Positions 1 through 9,634 of a stretch of 64,000 nucleotides of DNA are shown piece by piece. The notes under the pieces are model-generated. The model searched no databases, had not been told where the DNA came from, and saw only the letters and a program-made list of their open reading frames with translations. Both the position numbers and the translations under genes were made by a program. Source of the DNA: Bdellovibrionales bacterium. GTDB taxonomy: Bacteria > Bdellovibrionota > Bdellovibrionia > Bdellovibrionales > UBA1609. Numbering within the stretch: the stretch's first letter is position 1; every line of letters begins with the position of its first letter. Where the stretch lies: the NCBI GenBank assembly GCA_020630675.1, contig JAHDIR010000010.1:4790-68789 (forward strand), in the 5' to 3' direction.

Positions 1-1
1 G

Positions 2-436
2 GATTGGTCTGAATCTTATAGGCAAGTGGCTCGCCGTGAAATTCAACCGTCATCAGTAAATATATTTGGCTTTGATCATAACCCCCGCATGGTCGCCGTT
101 TCTAATTTAAATTCTGAAGCTGCCGGAACTCAAACCTCCATAACTTTTAAGCAACAAAGTGTTGCTGATTTTTCAGAGTCTCCTTGGTCTTCATCTAAGC
201 CTGGCGTGTTAGTTGTTAACCCTCCCTACGGGGAAAGGTTAGGGGATGTCGAGAGGTTGCAGAAAACTTATAAAGAGCTTGGAAGTTTGTTTAAAAATCA
301 CTTTCGAGGTTGGGACTGTTGGGTTTTGTCTGGAAATGCAGAGTTAACAAAAAGCCTTAGTTTGAAGTCAACTCAGCAAATTGATATTTTTAATGGTCCT
401 ATCAAATGTAAATTTTTACATTATCCTATGTATTAA
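2..436 (+). CDS. C-terminal part of a class I SAM-dependent N-methyltransferase (UPF0020/RlmL-like); 5' end lies outside the window
   Basis: The reading frame is open from base 2 at the left edge. It contains methyltransferase motif IV 'VVNPPYGERLG'. Stop codon at 434-436. Confidence 0.6.
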   Translation, partial: DWSESYRQVARREIQPSSVNIFGFDHNPRMVAVSNLNSEAAGTQTSITFKQQSVADFSESPWSSSKPGVLVVNPPYGERLGDVERLQKTYKELGSLFKNHFRGWDCWVLSGNAELTKSLSLKSTQQIDIFNGPIKCKFLHYPMY

Positions 437-531
437 AAGTAACCCCAATATAATATAACTTACAATAAATCTTGAAATCCTACAGTGCTAAAGCATGTAG
501 AGATATGGTTAGGTTCAAATCTAATTTTAAA

Positions 532-885
532 TTAAAAAGGTTTGTAGTTAGCGAGGTAAATAGCCATCACACCCAGAACAACAACGACAAAGCTGAGCTT
601 GGCAGGAGCAATATTCTTTCTAAATGCAATAGAAGGGAGGATCGCTAAAATGACCCAAATGGAAAGCTTAGCCCAAACCCACTTCGGAAAGGGACTCATA
701 TTTCCAAGTCTTGCCAATAAGCCAAAGCCACCAATTAAAGAAATTAACAGTCCCGAGCCGTTAAAAGCCATGAGCCATTTTTTATGGGGTGCTTTTTTAT
801 GGTTTATGAATAAGCCACCTAGAGAAAGCAAAAGTAAAAAAATACCCGTTAGATGGATAACTTTATAGGCGGAATAGGAAATCAT
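532..885 (-). CDS. Small polytopic membrane protein (about 4 TM helices), function unknown
   Basis: The 117-aa product is almost entirely hydrophobic helices separated by K/R-rich loops. The antisense ORF 599-868 has no protein-like features. Confidence 0.5.
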   Translation of the reverse strand: MISYSAYKVIHLTGIFLLLLSLGGLFINHKKAPHKKWLMAFNGSGLLISLIGGFGLLARLGNMSPFPKWVWAKLSIWVILAILPSIAFRKNIAPAKLSFVVVVLGVMAIYLANYKPF

Positions 886-1108
886 GCGAGCTCCTGTCAG
901 GCTGAGTAAGCCAGGGTTGAGTTGTCAAAAAAACTATGTGACTAGCTAACAGCTTTTTTAGGGGAGGTGAAGGGGCACACTCTCTATGACACGTATCGTC
1001 TTACAAGTGACAAAACCTCTCATATTCTTGTTGATTATCTCTGTTTATCTAACTAATTTATGCGGATCTATAAACAAGTTAATTATTTACAAACAAGGAG
1101 CATTTTAA

Positions 1109-3139
1109 ATGCAAAACATTTCTGCAATAGCGCCGATAGCTGGTTTCATAGGCTTAAGCTTGGCCCTAGTGACCTACGGAAGGCTGATTAAAAAACCAAG
1201 TGGAACAGACAAAATGATTGCCATTGGTGATGAAATTCACCTGGGAGCAATGACTTTTTTAAAAGCTGAGTACTCCAAGTTATCCATTTTTGTGGCTGTT
1301 GTTGCCGCTCTTTTATTTTTTGGTGGCTTTGGAACATACACAGCTGGTGCATTTATTTTTGGTGCTCTTTGCTCAGGCCTAGCTGGTTACATCGGAATGA
1401 AGTCGGCGACAAAAGGAAACGTGAGAACAACTGCTGCTGCCAAAGATCACGGCGTTGGTGCTGCTTTACAAGTTGCTTTTAGTAGCGGTGCAGTTATGGG
1501 CCTCTCTGTGGCCAGTTTAGGTTTAATTGGTTTGGGTACAATTTACTTTTTTCAGTCTGAGTCAGATCAGTTAACTGGAATTATTTCTGGTTTTTCTATG
1601 GGAGCTTCTTCAATTGCTCTTTTTGCTCGAATTGGTGGCGGAATTTTTACAAAAGCCGCTGATGTTGGCTCTGACCTTGTGGGAAAAATTGAAGCTGGGA
1701 TTCCAGAAGATGACCCTCGTAACCCAGGTGTGATTGCAGATAACGTTGGTGACAATGTTGGTGATGTGGCTGGTATGGGTGCAGATATATTTGAATCTTA
1801 TGTTGGTGCCATGGTGGCAGCGATTACAATTGCAGCCACTATGTCGGCTGCAACAATGACGGAGTACTTTGGTGAAGGAGTTAATACAACAATGTTAATT
1901 ACCCTTCCAATTACTCTTTCTGTGATTGGTCTTGCCTCTTCTATGATTGGTATCTGGGGTATGAATATATTTAAGGGAATGGACCCTGCAAAAGCTTTGA
2001 CGGTTTCTGAAATTACTGCTGGTGTTATCTTTTTAGTGGCAGCGGCTTTATACCTCATGAACTTTGGTTACGGTTTAAGTGTATTTTGGGCGATTCTATC
2101 AGGAACCATTGCTGGTTTTGCAATAGGTAAAGTCACAGAATACTACACTGCTGCTGGCCCTGTATTTAAAATTGCAAAAGCCTCTAAAACGGGCCCAGCA
2201 ACAAATATTATTGCAGGTATTGCAGTGGGCTTACAGTCATGTGCCGGTCCGTTGTTATTAATTGCAGCTTCTATTCTTGTTGCTTTTGAATTTGCTGGTC
2301 TTTATGGAATTGCTATGGCAGCTGTAGGAATGTTAGCCACAGTTGGTGTGACAATGACAATTGATGCTTACGGCCCTGTGGCTGATAATGCTGGTGGAAT
2401 TTCTGAAATGTCTAAGCTTGGTCCTGAAGTGAGAGAAATCACTGATGGGTTAGATGCCATCGGAAATACAACGGCTGCCATCGGTAAAGGTTTTGCCATT
2501 GGTTCTGCAGCCCTTACTTCGTTAGCTCTTTTTGTGGCTTACAAGCAAAAAGTGATGGTGGCTGCTGGTGGTGATATTTCTATGGATATCACTGACCCTA
2601 AAGTGGTTGTTGGTTTATTAATTGGTGCAATGGTTGTTCTTATTTGTGCGGCAATGACTATGACTTCTGTTGGTAAAGCAGCAGGTGAAATGGTGGATGA
2701 AATTCGTCGTCAGTTCAAAGAAATTCCAGGGCTTTTGGAAGGAACTGGTAAACCAGATACAGCGAGATGTGTTGAGATCTCAACCAATGCCGCTTTAAAA
2801 GAAATGGTTATGCCAGTGTTGGTCGCTGTGGCTGCTCCTGTTGCTGTCGGTTATGGCCTTGGCCCTGAGTCTTTAGGTGGAATGTTAGCCGGCTCTTTAT
2901 TAACAGGTGTTGTTTTAGCCTTATTAATGTCGAATGCTGGTGGTGCTTGGGATAATGCTAAAAAGTTCATTGAAACTGGTGCTGTTGAAGGTGAGAAAAA
3001 AGGGACAGATGCTCATGCTGCTGCCGTTATTGGTGACACAGTTGGCGATCCGTTCAAGGATACAACAGGCCCAGCTATGAATATTCTTGTGAAGCTAATT
3101 TCTATTGTTGCCTTACTATTAGCTGCCAAGATCGTTTAA
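1109..3139 (+). CDS. hppA: Membrane-bound ion-translocating inorganic pyrophosphatase (K+-dependent subfamily)
   Basis: Diagnostic M-PPase motifs '[22 protein letters not shown]', '[13 protein letters not shown]' and '[17 protein letters not shown]', with about 16 TM helices. '[10 protein letters not shown]' has Ala rather than Lys at the position known to discriminate K+-dependent enzymes. RBS 'AAGGAG' lies upstream of the ATG. Confidence 0.95.
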   Translation: MQNISAIAPIAGFIGLSLALVTYGRLIKKPSGTDKMIAIGDEIHLGAMTFLKAEYSKLSIFVAVVAALLFFGGFGTYTAGAFIFGALCSGLAGYIGMKSATKGNVRTTAAAKDHGVGAALQVAFSSGAVMGLSVASLGLIGLGTIYFFQSESDQLTGIISGFSMGASSIALFARIGGGIFTKAADVGSDLVGKIEAGIPEDDPRNPGVIADNVGDNVGDVAGMGADIFESYVGAMVAAITIAATMSAATMTEYFGEGVNTTMLITLPITLSVIGLASSMIGIWGMNIFKGMDPAKALTVSEITAGVIFLVAAALYLMNFGYGLSVFWAILSGTIAGFAIGKVTEYYTAAGPVFKIAKASKTGPATNIIAGIAVGLQSCAGPLLLIAASILVAFEFAGLYGIAMAAVGMLATVGVTMTIDAYGPVADNAGGISEMSKLGPEVREITDGLDAIGNTTAAIGKGFAIGSAALTSLALFVAYKQKVMVAAGGDISMDITDPKVVVGLLIGAMVVLICAAMTMTSVGKAAGEMVDEIRRQFKEIPGLLEGTGKPDTARCVEISTNAALKEMVMPVLVAVAAPVAVGYGLGPESLGGMLAGSLLTGVVLALLMSNAGGAWDNAKKFIETGAVEGEKKGTDAHAAAVIGDTVGDPFKDTTGPAMNILVKLISIVALLLAAKIV

Positions 3140-3172
3140 CCTAAAAAAATAAATACTCATAAAATTTATCTT

Positions 3173-3205
3173 AGGAAGGTGTGTGATTCACCTTCCTTTT
3201 TTTTT
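3173..3205 (+). terminator. Rho-independent terminator of hppA
   Basis: Perfect 9-bp stem AGGAAGGTG / CACCTTCCT with a 7-nt loop, followed by a T8 run 34 nt after the hppA stop. Confidence 0.8.
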
Positions 3206-3210
3206 ATTTT

Positions 3211-3239
3211 TTGCCCAAGAGCTTTATAAAATTTATGAT
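3211..3239 (+). promoter_or_regulatory. Candidate sigma70-type promoter for the DUF2156-like gene
   Basis: TTGCCC-N17-TATGAT, located about 60 nt upstream of ATG 3300. Pattern match only. Confidence 0.3.
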
Positions 3240-3299
3240 AATGCGTTGCCTCTTTAGAAAAGAGTAGGCAGTGAGGGCGCAGAGCGGTAGGCTCTTTGA

Positions 3300-4250
3300 A
3301 TGAATGCCAGCCAGTTTATTGAAAAGCACTCGTTTTATCCTTTGCATAAAACGCATATTAAGACAGGAAAGCAGTTTAAGTTTTTAGACAAGGGTTTGGT
3401 GTCTTACGAAGAAACAAAATCTTGTTTTGTTGTTGCAGGAGACCCTGTTTGTAAATTCAAAAAAGATATTCCCTTTGTCTTGGATCAATTTGTCCAATGG
3501 GCCCACGAGCAAGGAAAAACCGTTTGTGGTTATTACTTTTCTCAATTTGCAGCTGAAGGTGTCACTCGCTTAAAGTCATATCCAGCAGGCATAACATTAG
3601 GAACCAATTTAAGCGATTTTGAATTGGCAGGTAAAAAATCAAAAGAAATTAGAAGAGCTTTAAATTTTGGAAAAAAAAATAACTTAGTTTTTCAAGAACT
3701 TTATAACGATGATTACTTTGAGCTATTTTTTGAGTTAAAAAACTTAGAATCAAAATGGTTTGCCAACAAATCAACTTTTAAAAAAATTAAATTTTTACTG
3801 AGCCCTTTGAGAGCAGACCAAAACAAAATATCTGACCGAAGTTTTGTGGTGAAGTCTAAAAAAAATAAGATTATTGCTTTTGTTAGCCTAGATGAGTTCA
3901 AAGAGCCAGGCCAGCAATCTAGTTTTTATGTTGACCATATGTTTCAAAGCCCAAGCTCTTATCGATTAGCCTTAGATTATTTAATTTCTGAAATTATTTT
4001 AACTCTCAAAGCTGAGAAAAGGGTGTATTTGGATTTAGGCTTTTGCCCCTTTCAAGGTGTTCGCCCTTTAAACTTTATTCAGAGTGGGTTATTTTTAACC
4101 AAATATATGAGTTATATTTATAACTCTAAGGGTGTTTATAGTTACAAAAAAAAGTTCTCTAACTATACCAAGAGTAGTTATATGCTTATGGATCCAAAAG
4201 CCTCTAAGGCTAAGCAAATCTTATCTTTATCACAGGTGACATTCAGTTAA
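3300..4250 (+). CDS. DUF2156-like protein (resembles the C-terminal aminoacyl-phosphatidylglycerol synthase domain of MprF/LysX)
   Basis: Size and C-terminal 'GVYSYKKKF' resemble the (G)LxxFKxKF signature of the MprF C-domain family. There is no TM flippase domain. Recognition is by memory of the family only. Confidence 0.45.
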   Translation: MNASQFIEKHSFYPLHKTHIKTGKQFKFLDKGLVSYEETKSCFVVAGDPVCKFKKDIPFVLDQFVQWAHEQGKTVCGYYFSQFAAEGVTRLKSYPAGITLGTNLSDFELAGKKSKEIRRALNFGKKNNLVFQELYNDDYFELFFELKNLESKWFANKSTFKKIKFLLSPLRADQNKISDRSFVVKSKKNKIIAFVSLDEFKEPGQQSSFYVDHMFQSPSSYRLALDYLISEIILTLKAEKRVYLDLGFCPFQGVRPLNFIQSGLFLTKYMSYIYNSKGVYSYKKKFSNYTKSSYMLMDPKASKAKQILSLSQVTFS

Positions 4251-4253
4251 ATT

Positions 4254-5117
4254 TTAGTAAAGGTCGTTTTTAGAATCTATAAATCGAGATGTTTTTTTGT
4301 GAATTCGCTCTTCCCCGCGCTCAATCAGTTCATTGGCAAAATCTTTGGGTAGTTTTTTAGCAATCTCTATTCTTTTCTGTAAAGATTGATTGGTATCAAT
4401 AGCAGAGTGCCAAAGGTATTTGATGTTTTCGATATCTTGAGTGAGCTCTTCATTTTCTTTTTGAACTTTTAATATTTGATCCTTTTCTTCGTTAGTTTCT
4501 AGCAAGAATGTATTAAGCTCAGATTTTTCTTGAGTTGAATTTTCTGTGCTGGCCGTGAGGTGATTATTTTGAACAGGGGATGGGTTTGAAGGTAAAGAGG
4601 TATTTATTTCCTCTAGTTCATCAACAAGAGACTGAGTGGTTTTTTGAAAACTCTTTTTGATAATAAAAATAAGCCCAATTACAGAAAGAGCAATAACAGT
4701 CCATAATAAAATTGGAAACCAAGAAAGACGTGCTTTTTTGACAGCAATGGGAACATTGAAGTGTTGGCTCAATTGCTGAATCCAAGGAAGAGCTTTTGAT
4801 TTTTTAAACCGAGACGAATAATTCATTTGTAGGGAGCTCAGTTTAGCATTAATTGGAATAGCCATTGATGTCATGCAAGATTTTTTAGTCAGACACTTGA
4901 GATCTTTTGAATTATAAGTTTTGCTATGCGAAGGGCCAAAGTTAGCTGTCACAGCTAAATCAATATTATTTTGTGTTAAGAAAGATTCGTAGGTTAGTAA
5001 AGTTTGTGAAACTTGCTGGAGTAGGGATTTGTTGAAAGTATACTTACTCGTTTGTGAGCTATTAGCGGTGGCTAAAAAAAGTGTGCTAGCTATAAATAAT
5101 AATACTTTTGCTTTCAT
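4254..5117 (-). CDS. Signal-peptide plus single-TM coiled-coil protein; paralogue (C-terminal motif) of 7971-8501
   Basis: N-terminal signal 'MKAKVLLFIASTLFLATANS', mid-protein TM 'WFPILLWTVIALSVIGLIFII', and a heptad-rich C-terminus carrying 'ENEELTQDIENIKYLWHSAIDTNQSLQKRIEIAKKL'. Confidence 0.5.
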   Translation of the reverse strand: MKAKVLLFIASTLFLATANSSQTSKYTFNKSLLQQVSQTLLTYESFLTQNNIDLAVTANFGPSHSKTYNSKDLKCLTKKSCMTSMAIPINAKLSSLQMNYSSRFKKSKALPWIQQLSQHFNVPIAVKKARLSWFPILLWTVIALSVIGLIFIIKKSFQKTTQSLVDELEEINTSLPSNPSPVQNNHLTASTENSTQEKSELNTFLLETNEEKDQILKVQKENEELTQDIENIKYLWHSAIDTNQSLQKRIEIAKKLPKDFANELIERGEERIHKKTSRFIDSKNDLY

Positions 5118-5331
5118 AGGCTCCCTATCTATATAAAGTTTATCGCCTCCATAGAAAAATACTTAGTGTTTCCGTTTATATCTAGTCATAGATCGTGCTC
5201 ATTTTTAACAGTTAATTCCGCTCAGCTTGCAGTTTTAGAGCCTAACTCGACATTGATCTAGTTGCGGGTGGTTCACAAGGATTTACGAAGGATAAATTGT
5301 TCTTGGCTCTGGGCTCATATATAATTCTTTT

Positions 5332-6516
5332 ATGCCTAGGCTTGTTTTCGTTTTTTTAATTTTTATAATATATTTTTCCAGTCACGCTGACCCAGTTCTT
5401 ATTCGTAAAATTAAAACTACGGGCTTGAAAGTAAAAGGCAAGGTGGAAGGTCTTTATCAAATTCAGCTAAAAAAAAGAAAACTTAAACTGGGTGCAGAGT
5501 ACTTAGTTGTCAGATTGTTAAGTGAAGACTCCTTTGAACTTTTAGGGCAAGGCAAAGTTGAGGGGCACCAAAACCGAATGGCTTTTTTAAAACTAGATGA
5601 AGAAAACATGTTTAAGCAGCCATTGGCCGGCGATTATATTATAGCTATCACGGAGGGCTTAAACCCGGAAGAAAAAGACGGCAAGGTGAGTGAGGCTGAA
5701 TTGCTGGAAGAAGAAATTTTACCTGATGAGCCAGGTTATATTCAGTTAGGTTATGGTTATTCTTTAGGAAGTTATAATACACAAACTGATAATGCCGCCA
5801 ATTTTTACAAAGTGGTGGCCTATAACTACTTTTCTTATGATTTAACATGGTATTTAGATTTCGCTTGGAGGTTTGGTTTAAATTACCATGCCTACTCAGA
5901 TGATATTCCTACAGATACTTTTGAAAGAAGGTCTTTTCAGAGTAAACATAATTATACAGACTTTAGTGGGCTATTTCGCTTACGTAAATGGGGAAGCTCG
6001 AAATGGCGAAGTAGTTTTATTATTTCTGTCATTACAGAGGAGTTTTCAACAAATAATAATGATGAAGCTCTTTTATCCACAAAATTTTCTTCAACAGGTA
6101 TAGGTTCTCGTTTAGCCTATGAGTTTAACGACCCAATGTGGTCCCATAAAAGCTGGGGCTTTGCCTTGAATGATTTTTATGTACAGGGACGTTACTTATT
6201 AAGTGTTGGAGCTGAGGACGGTTTAGTTTCTAGAGGCACAGAGGCCAAAAGTAATTTTTCTTATATGGTTAATATTGGAGCTAATGTTTTGTTCTATTGG
6301 GACGCTATTCCTTTTGCTAAAAGATGGTTTTTAAATTTAAATTATAAGCTACGAAGGTATGACCTCACTTTTTCAGGGCCCACTGTTGGACAAGATATTA
6401 ATGGTGCATATGAAATACCTGAAAATGGAAACTATGTAGAGTCGGCTGAAACTTTTTCAATTTTATTTGGCCTAAGGCTAGACGACTATATTGGAAAATT
6501 CTTTAAACCAAGATAA
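5332..6516 (+). CDS. Secreted protein, probable outer-membrane beta-barrel with an N-terminal beta-sandwich domain
   Basis: Signal peptide present. The C-terminal 250 aa are rich in alternating aromatic/polar beta-strand patterns (e.g. 'YNYFSYDLTWYLDFAWRFGLNYHAY'). The gene lies directly upstream of the VWA gene, 15 nt apart. Confidence 0.45.
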   Translation: MPRLVFVFLIFIIYFSSHADPVLIRKIKTTGLKVKGKVEGLYQIQLKKRKLKLGAEYLVVRLLSEDSFELLGQGKVEGHQNRMAFLKLDEENMFKQPLAGDYIIAITEGLNPEEKDGKVSEAELLEEEILPDEPGYIQLGYGYSLGSYNTQTDNAANFYKVVAYNYFSYDLTWYLDFAWRFGLNYHAYSDDIPTDTFERRSFQSKHNYTDFSGLFRLRKWGSSKWRSSFIISVITEEFSTNNNDEALLSTKFSSTGIGSRLAYEFNDPMWSHKSWGFALNDFYVQGRYLLSVGAEDGLVSRGTEAKSNFSYMVNIGANVLFYWDAIPFAKRWFLNLNYKLRRYDLTFSGPTVGQDINGAYEIPENGNYVESAETFSILFGLRLDDYIGKFFKPR

Positions 6517-6531
6517 CGAGCGAGATTTAAA

Positions 6532-7974
6532 ATGAAATCTATTTTATTTGGCCTTATTTTTTTATTTAATGCCTCTTTATTAGCTGAAAATACCGCTTTA
6601 GATCAGAAAAAAGTTGTTTTGAATGGAGGAGCTGGTTTTTTACCTGAGAAAAAAAAATCAAAAAAGGACTTAAAAATTGATAAAAAAATTGAAGCCTCCA
6701 AAAGTAAGGTTTTTTATAGAAAAACTGTGGATGAAAAATACCCGCCCAAAGTTGAAATTATTTTGGATGGTTCAGGCTCTATGGGGCAAGTTCTGTCTAG
6801 TCGTAAATCAAAAATGTATCATTCCAAAGAATTACTAAAGGACTATTTAAGTCGTCAATGGAAGCAAAAAACTTTAGTGGGTTTAAGAGTTTATGGGGCC
6901 AAGAAAAAAGGGGACTGTTCAGATAGTGAGCTTTTGGTTAATTTTCGTGAAAAAAGTTTATATGAAGTCGAAAACAAAATAAAAAAAATAGGGCCTTTGG
7001 GAATGACACCTCTGAGTAAATCTATTCGCCAAGCCGTCGATGACTTACAAGGTTATCCTGGCCCTAAAAAAATTGTTATTCTTACAGATGGTGAAGACAC
7101 TTGTGGTGGAGACCCTTGTGAAACTTCAAAATACTTAAGAAAAATAAATGATGAAACCACTCAGTTTTATACTATTGGTATAGGATTTCAGGGGGGAGAG
7201 TATAACTTACAAAATATGAAGTGTTTAGGTCCTGTCTTAGATGCTCAAAGTGATTCAGAGCTATCAGAAGGCTTGAGTCAAATTGATGAAGCGATTTTTG
7301 GTGATTCCAAAAATTTAGAGGTGAGAAGTCCTAACCCCAATGCAATGGTTCGAGTTTATAAGGTAGGACAAAGTTTAAAGACTCCTCCTGTGATATCTTT
7401 TGGAGCCTCTGAAAGAGTTAAGCTTCCCCCTGGGGAGTATAAGGCAACAGTTAGTTTAAACCCTCTATTTGTTTTTAAAAAATTTTTAATTCGAAAAAAA
7501 AGAAGAACTATCTTAGTCGTTAAGGGAGATGCCACCATTGGCGTCAATTACACGGATAAACTTTTAAATGTAGAGGTTTATGACATTCATGGTAAAGTTG
7601 TGAAAGAGTTTAAAAGTAATGAAAAAGTGAAAGTACCTATGGGCTCTTATGAGTTAAAAATTTTTCATAACCCTTTTTACGAAAAAAAAATTCCATTATT
7701 TGAGCTTTACCCGGGGGGAAAGAAAATAATAGATATAACAAATGCTTCAAGCTATAAGTTTAAGTATAAAAAACTGATAGGCTTTTATGTCTATCGAAAT
7801 GAAGGCCAACTTTTAGGTAAATACTTAACGAATGCCAAAGGTGTCATACCTAAGGGTAAATACATTTTTCACGTCGACAAAAAGTGTCCCTTAGACGACG
7901 TTAGGTTCGAAGGCAAAGATGACTTTAAGGTCATTAGCTGTGGAATGAAAAAAAATAATAAAAAGAAAAATTAA
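6532..7974 (+). CDS. Secreted von Willebrand factor A (VWA) domain protein with C-terminal PEGA/CarboxypepD_reg-like repeats
   Basis: Signal peptide. MIDAS motif 'ILDGSGSMGQ', then '...GMTPL...' and 'ILTDGEDTCGGDPC'. The C-terminal half has three or more repeats of the pattern V.VY...(15)...VP.G.Y.L (e.g. 'VEVYDIHGKVVKEFKSNEKVKVPMGSYELKI'). Confidence 0.8.
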   Translation: MKSILFGLIFLFNASLLAENTALDQKKVVLNGGAGFLPEKKKSKKDLKIDKKIEASKSKVFYRKTVDEKYPPKVEIILDGSGSMGQVLSSRKSKMYHSKELLKDYLSRQWKQKTLVGLRVYGAKKKGDCSDSELLVNFREKSLYEVENKIKKIGPLGMTPLSKSIRQAVDDLQGYPGPKKIVILTDGEDTCGGDPCETSKYLRKINDETTQFYTIGIGFQGGEYNLQNMKCLGPVLDAQSDSELSEGLSQIDEAIFGDSKNLEVRSPNPNAMVRVYKVGQSLKTPPVISFGASERVKLPPGEYKATVSLNPLFVFKKFLIRKKRRTILVVKGDATIGVNYTDKLLNVEVYDIHGKVVKEFKSNEKVKVPMGSYELKIFHNPFYEKKIPLFELYPGGKKIIDITNASSYKFKYKKLIGFYVYRNEGQLLGKYLTNAKGVIPKGKYIFHVDKKCPLDDVRFEGKDDFKVISCGMKKNNKKKN

Positions 7975-8501
7975 ATATTAAAATACTTATAAGGCTGGTC
8001 ATCACTTTCTTTGTTGCGAGACGATGATGGGTTTAGGCTTTTTGCAAACTCAAGTTGTTTTTCAAGCTTTTTATTTTCATCTAAAGTACAATGCCAGAAG
8101 TAATATAAACATTCCATTTCGGCAACGAGCTGCTGGTTTTCTTTTTCAAGACTCTTAAGGGTTTCGCTCTTTTCTTTGCTTGTGGGACTAGGCACGTTCT
8201 TAGTTATCTTTGTAGCCTCAGCGTTTTGCTCCGGTTGAACCATATCGTTATTCATTGGGCTTTTGGCTTCAGAGAAATCACTATTCATTTGTGAGCTTGT
8301 CTCTATGCTTGTGTCAGACGCTGGTTTGTTTATGCTTTCAGAAGCCTCATCATCTTCCCAGTCAATGGTTGGAAGAGAGCTAAATGAGTACTGCTGCTTA
8401 GTTAGTTTTTTTGCCTTATGATCATTTTTTTTTATTGAGAATAGATTCAAGCTTAAGTCAAATAGGCCTAATTTAAATGTTTCTAATAAATCTTTCTTCA
8501 T
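7971..8501 (-). CDS. Acidic/Ser-rich coiled-coil protein; paralogue (C-terminal motif) of 4254-5117
   Basis: C-terminus 'ENQQLVAEMECLYYFWHCTLDENKKLEKQLEFAKSL' aligns with the 4254-5117 product. Its stop codon overlaps the convergent VWA gene stop (shared TTAA at 7971-7974). Confidence 0.5.
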   Translation of the reverse strand: MKKDLLETFKLGLFDLSLNLFSIKKNDHKAKKLTKQQYSFSSLPTIDWEDDEASESINKPASDTSIETSSQMNSDFSEAKSPMNNDMVQPEQNAEATKITKNVPSPTSKEKSETLKSLEKENQQLVAEMECLYYFWHCTLDENKKLEKQLEFAKSLNPSSSRNKESDDQPYKYFNI

Positions 8502-8815
8502 GAAAGCTCCTTAAACTAAAGTTAAAAGCCTATCGTCTCAAATATAGAATGACTTAAGTGGATTTGTCTCAAAAGTAGTGAATGTTAGGCTTAGGGCTGG
8601 GGGAGTTTGCTAGATTGATGTTTTGTAGAATTTTGTAAACTTAATAAGTAGATAAAAAAAAGATTAAAAATATAAACTTACAAACAGGTTGTACTTTCTG
8701 TAATTGTGAAACAGGCTTTACTTGGTCCTTGGTCTAGAATGTGGTTCTATTGGTAAATCCAGATTCATTTTATAAAAGGTCTTTCCGATAGGGGCTATGA
8801 ATACGCGGAGGATTT

Positions 8816-9634
8816 ATGAATTTTGGTGTTTTATTAGGTTTCGTTTGTAGTTTTGCTATCACAGCATATGCAATATTAACCTCGTCCGAAGATAGTTCAG
8901 TTTTTGCTGATGAACATGGCATCATCATTGTGATAGGGGGAACTATCACTGTGGCTTTGCTTTGTTTCCCATTCAAGCAGCTTTATTCATCTTTCATTGT
9001 TTTCTTAAAAAATATGTTTTTTAAGCAAAAAGTCGACTATGAAAAAACAATAAAAACTATTGTAGGCTTGGCAGAAAGTTACCGCTTAGACCCCAAAAAT
9101 TTAGTGTCACAAATTCCACCGAAATCCCACCCTTTATTGAGGGACGGCATTGAGCTTATGGTAGACTATGGCTTTAGTTACGAGAAATTAGACGATATTT
9201 TAACGAACTCGGTTCGTGGGCAAAAGCTAAGAAATCATGAGACAGCCAAAGTTTGGCAAACCGTATCTCGATTTCCGCCGGCCTTTGGGCTTTTAGGAGC
9301 CACAGTCGGTATGATTGCGCTTTTACAAACGATTGGTAAGGAAGGGGCTGAGAGTATGATTGGTCCAGCGATGGCAACAGCTCTTGTGGCGACCTTTTAC
9401 GGTTTAGTTTTAGCTAACTTTTTCTTAATTCCTATTAGTGAAAAGCTCACCGAAGTGGCCAAAGAAGATTTAATCTTAAGAAGTATTATTCATGAAGGTG
9501 TATTAATGATTCAACAAAAAGAACATCCTCTTTTTATTGAAGAGTACTTGAAGTCATTTTTATCTCCCGCTCAGAAAAATAAAATAACAACGGTCAATAC
9601 ACAAGGTGCAGGTCATGCAAAAAAAGCAGCATAA
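8816..9634 (+). CDS. motA: MotA/PomA-type stator ion-channel protein
   Basis: Four-TM architecture with a long cytoplasmic loop. Conserved 'FPPAFGLLGATVGMI' and 'GPAMATALVATFYGLVLANFFLIPISEKL' correspond to MotA TM3/TM4 with the conserved Pro residues. RBS GGAGG lies 6 nt upstream of the ATG. Confidence 0.85.
   Translation: MNFGVLLGFVCSFAITAYAILTSSEDSSVFADEHGIIIVIGGTITVALLCFPFKQLYSSFIVFLKNMFFKQKVDYEKTIKTIVGLAESYRLDPKNLVSQIPPKSHPLLRDGIELMVDYGFSYEKLDDILTNSVRGQKLRNHETAKVWQTVSRFPPAFGLLGATVGMIALLQTIGKEGAESMIGPAMATALVATFYGLVLANFFLIPISEKLTEVAKEDLILRSIIHEGVLMIQQKEHPLFIEEYLKSFLSPAQKNKITTVNTQGAGHAKKAA

Noticed and set aside
450-530. tRNA-like T-loop string 'GGTTCAAATC' (512-521), preceded by a hairpin CTACAGTGC-TAAA-GCATGTAG (480-500)
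   Set aside because: The flanking bases do not form a 5-bp T-stem (only 3 of 5 pairs), and no acceptor, D or anticodon arms can be drawn. More likely this is just 3' intergenic sequence or a weak terminator between convergent genes.
599-868. 89-aa plus-strand ORF overlapping the 532-885 minus-strand gene
   Set aside because: The minus-strand product is a coherent 4-TM membrane protein. The plus-strand product has no protein-like pattern and lies entirely inside the other gene.
8784-8790. 'TCCGATA' about 30 nt upstream of motA, and the similar 'TCCGATA' at 15619-15625 upstream of the giant-lipoprotein operon, considered as sigma28 -10 elements
   Set aside because: No TAAA -35 element lies at the required ~15-nt spacing (the nearest are 7 or 26 nt, and 23 nt, away). 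Not called as promoters; mentioned only in connection with the better candidate at 11238-11265.
8770-8976. 68-aa minus-strand ORF overlapping the motA start
   Set aside because: It is antisense to a well-supported motA N-terminus with a strong RBS, and it has no features of its own.
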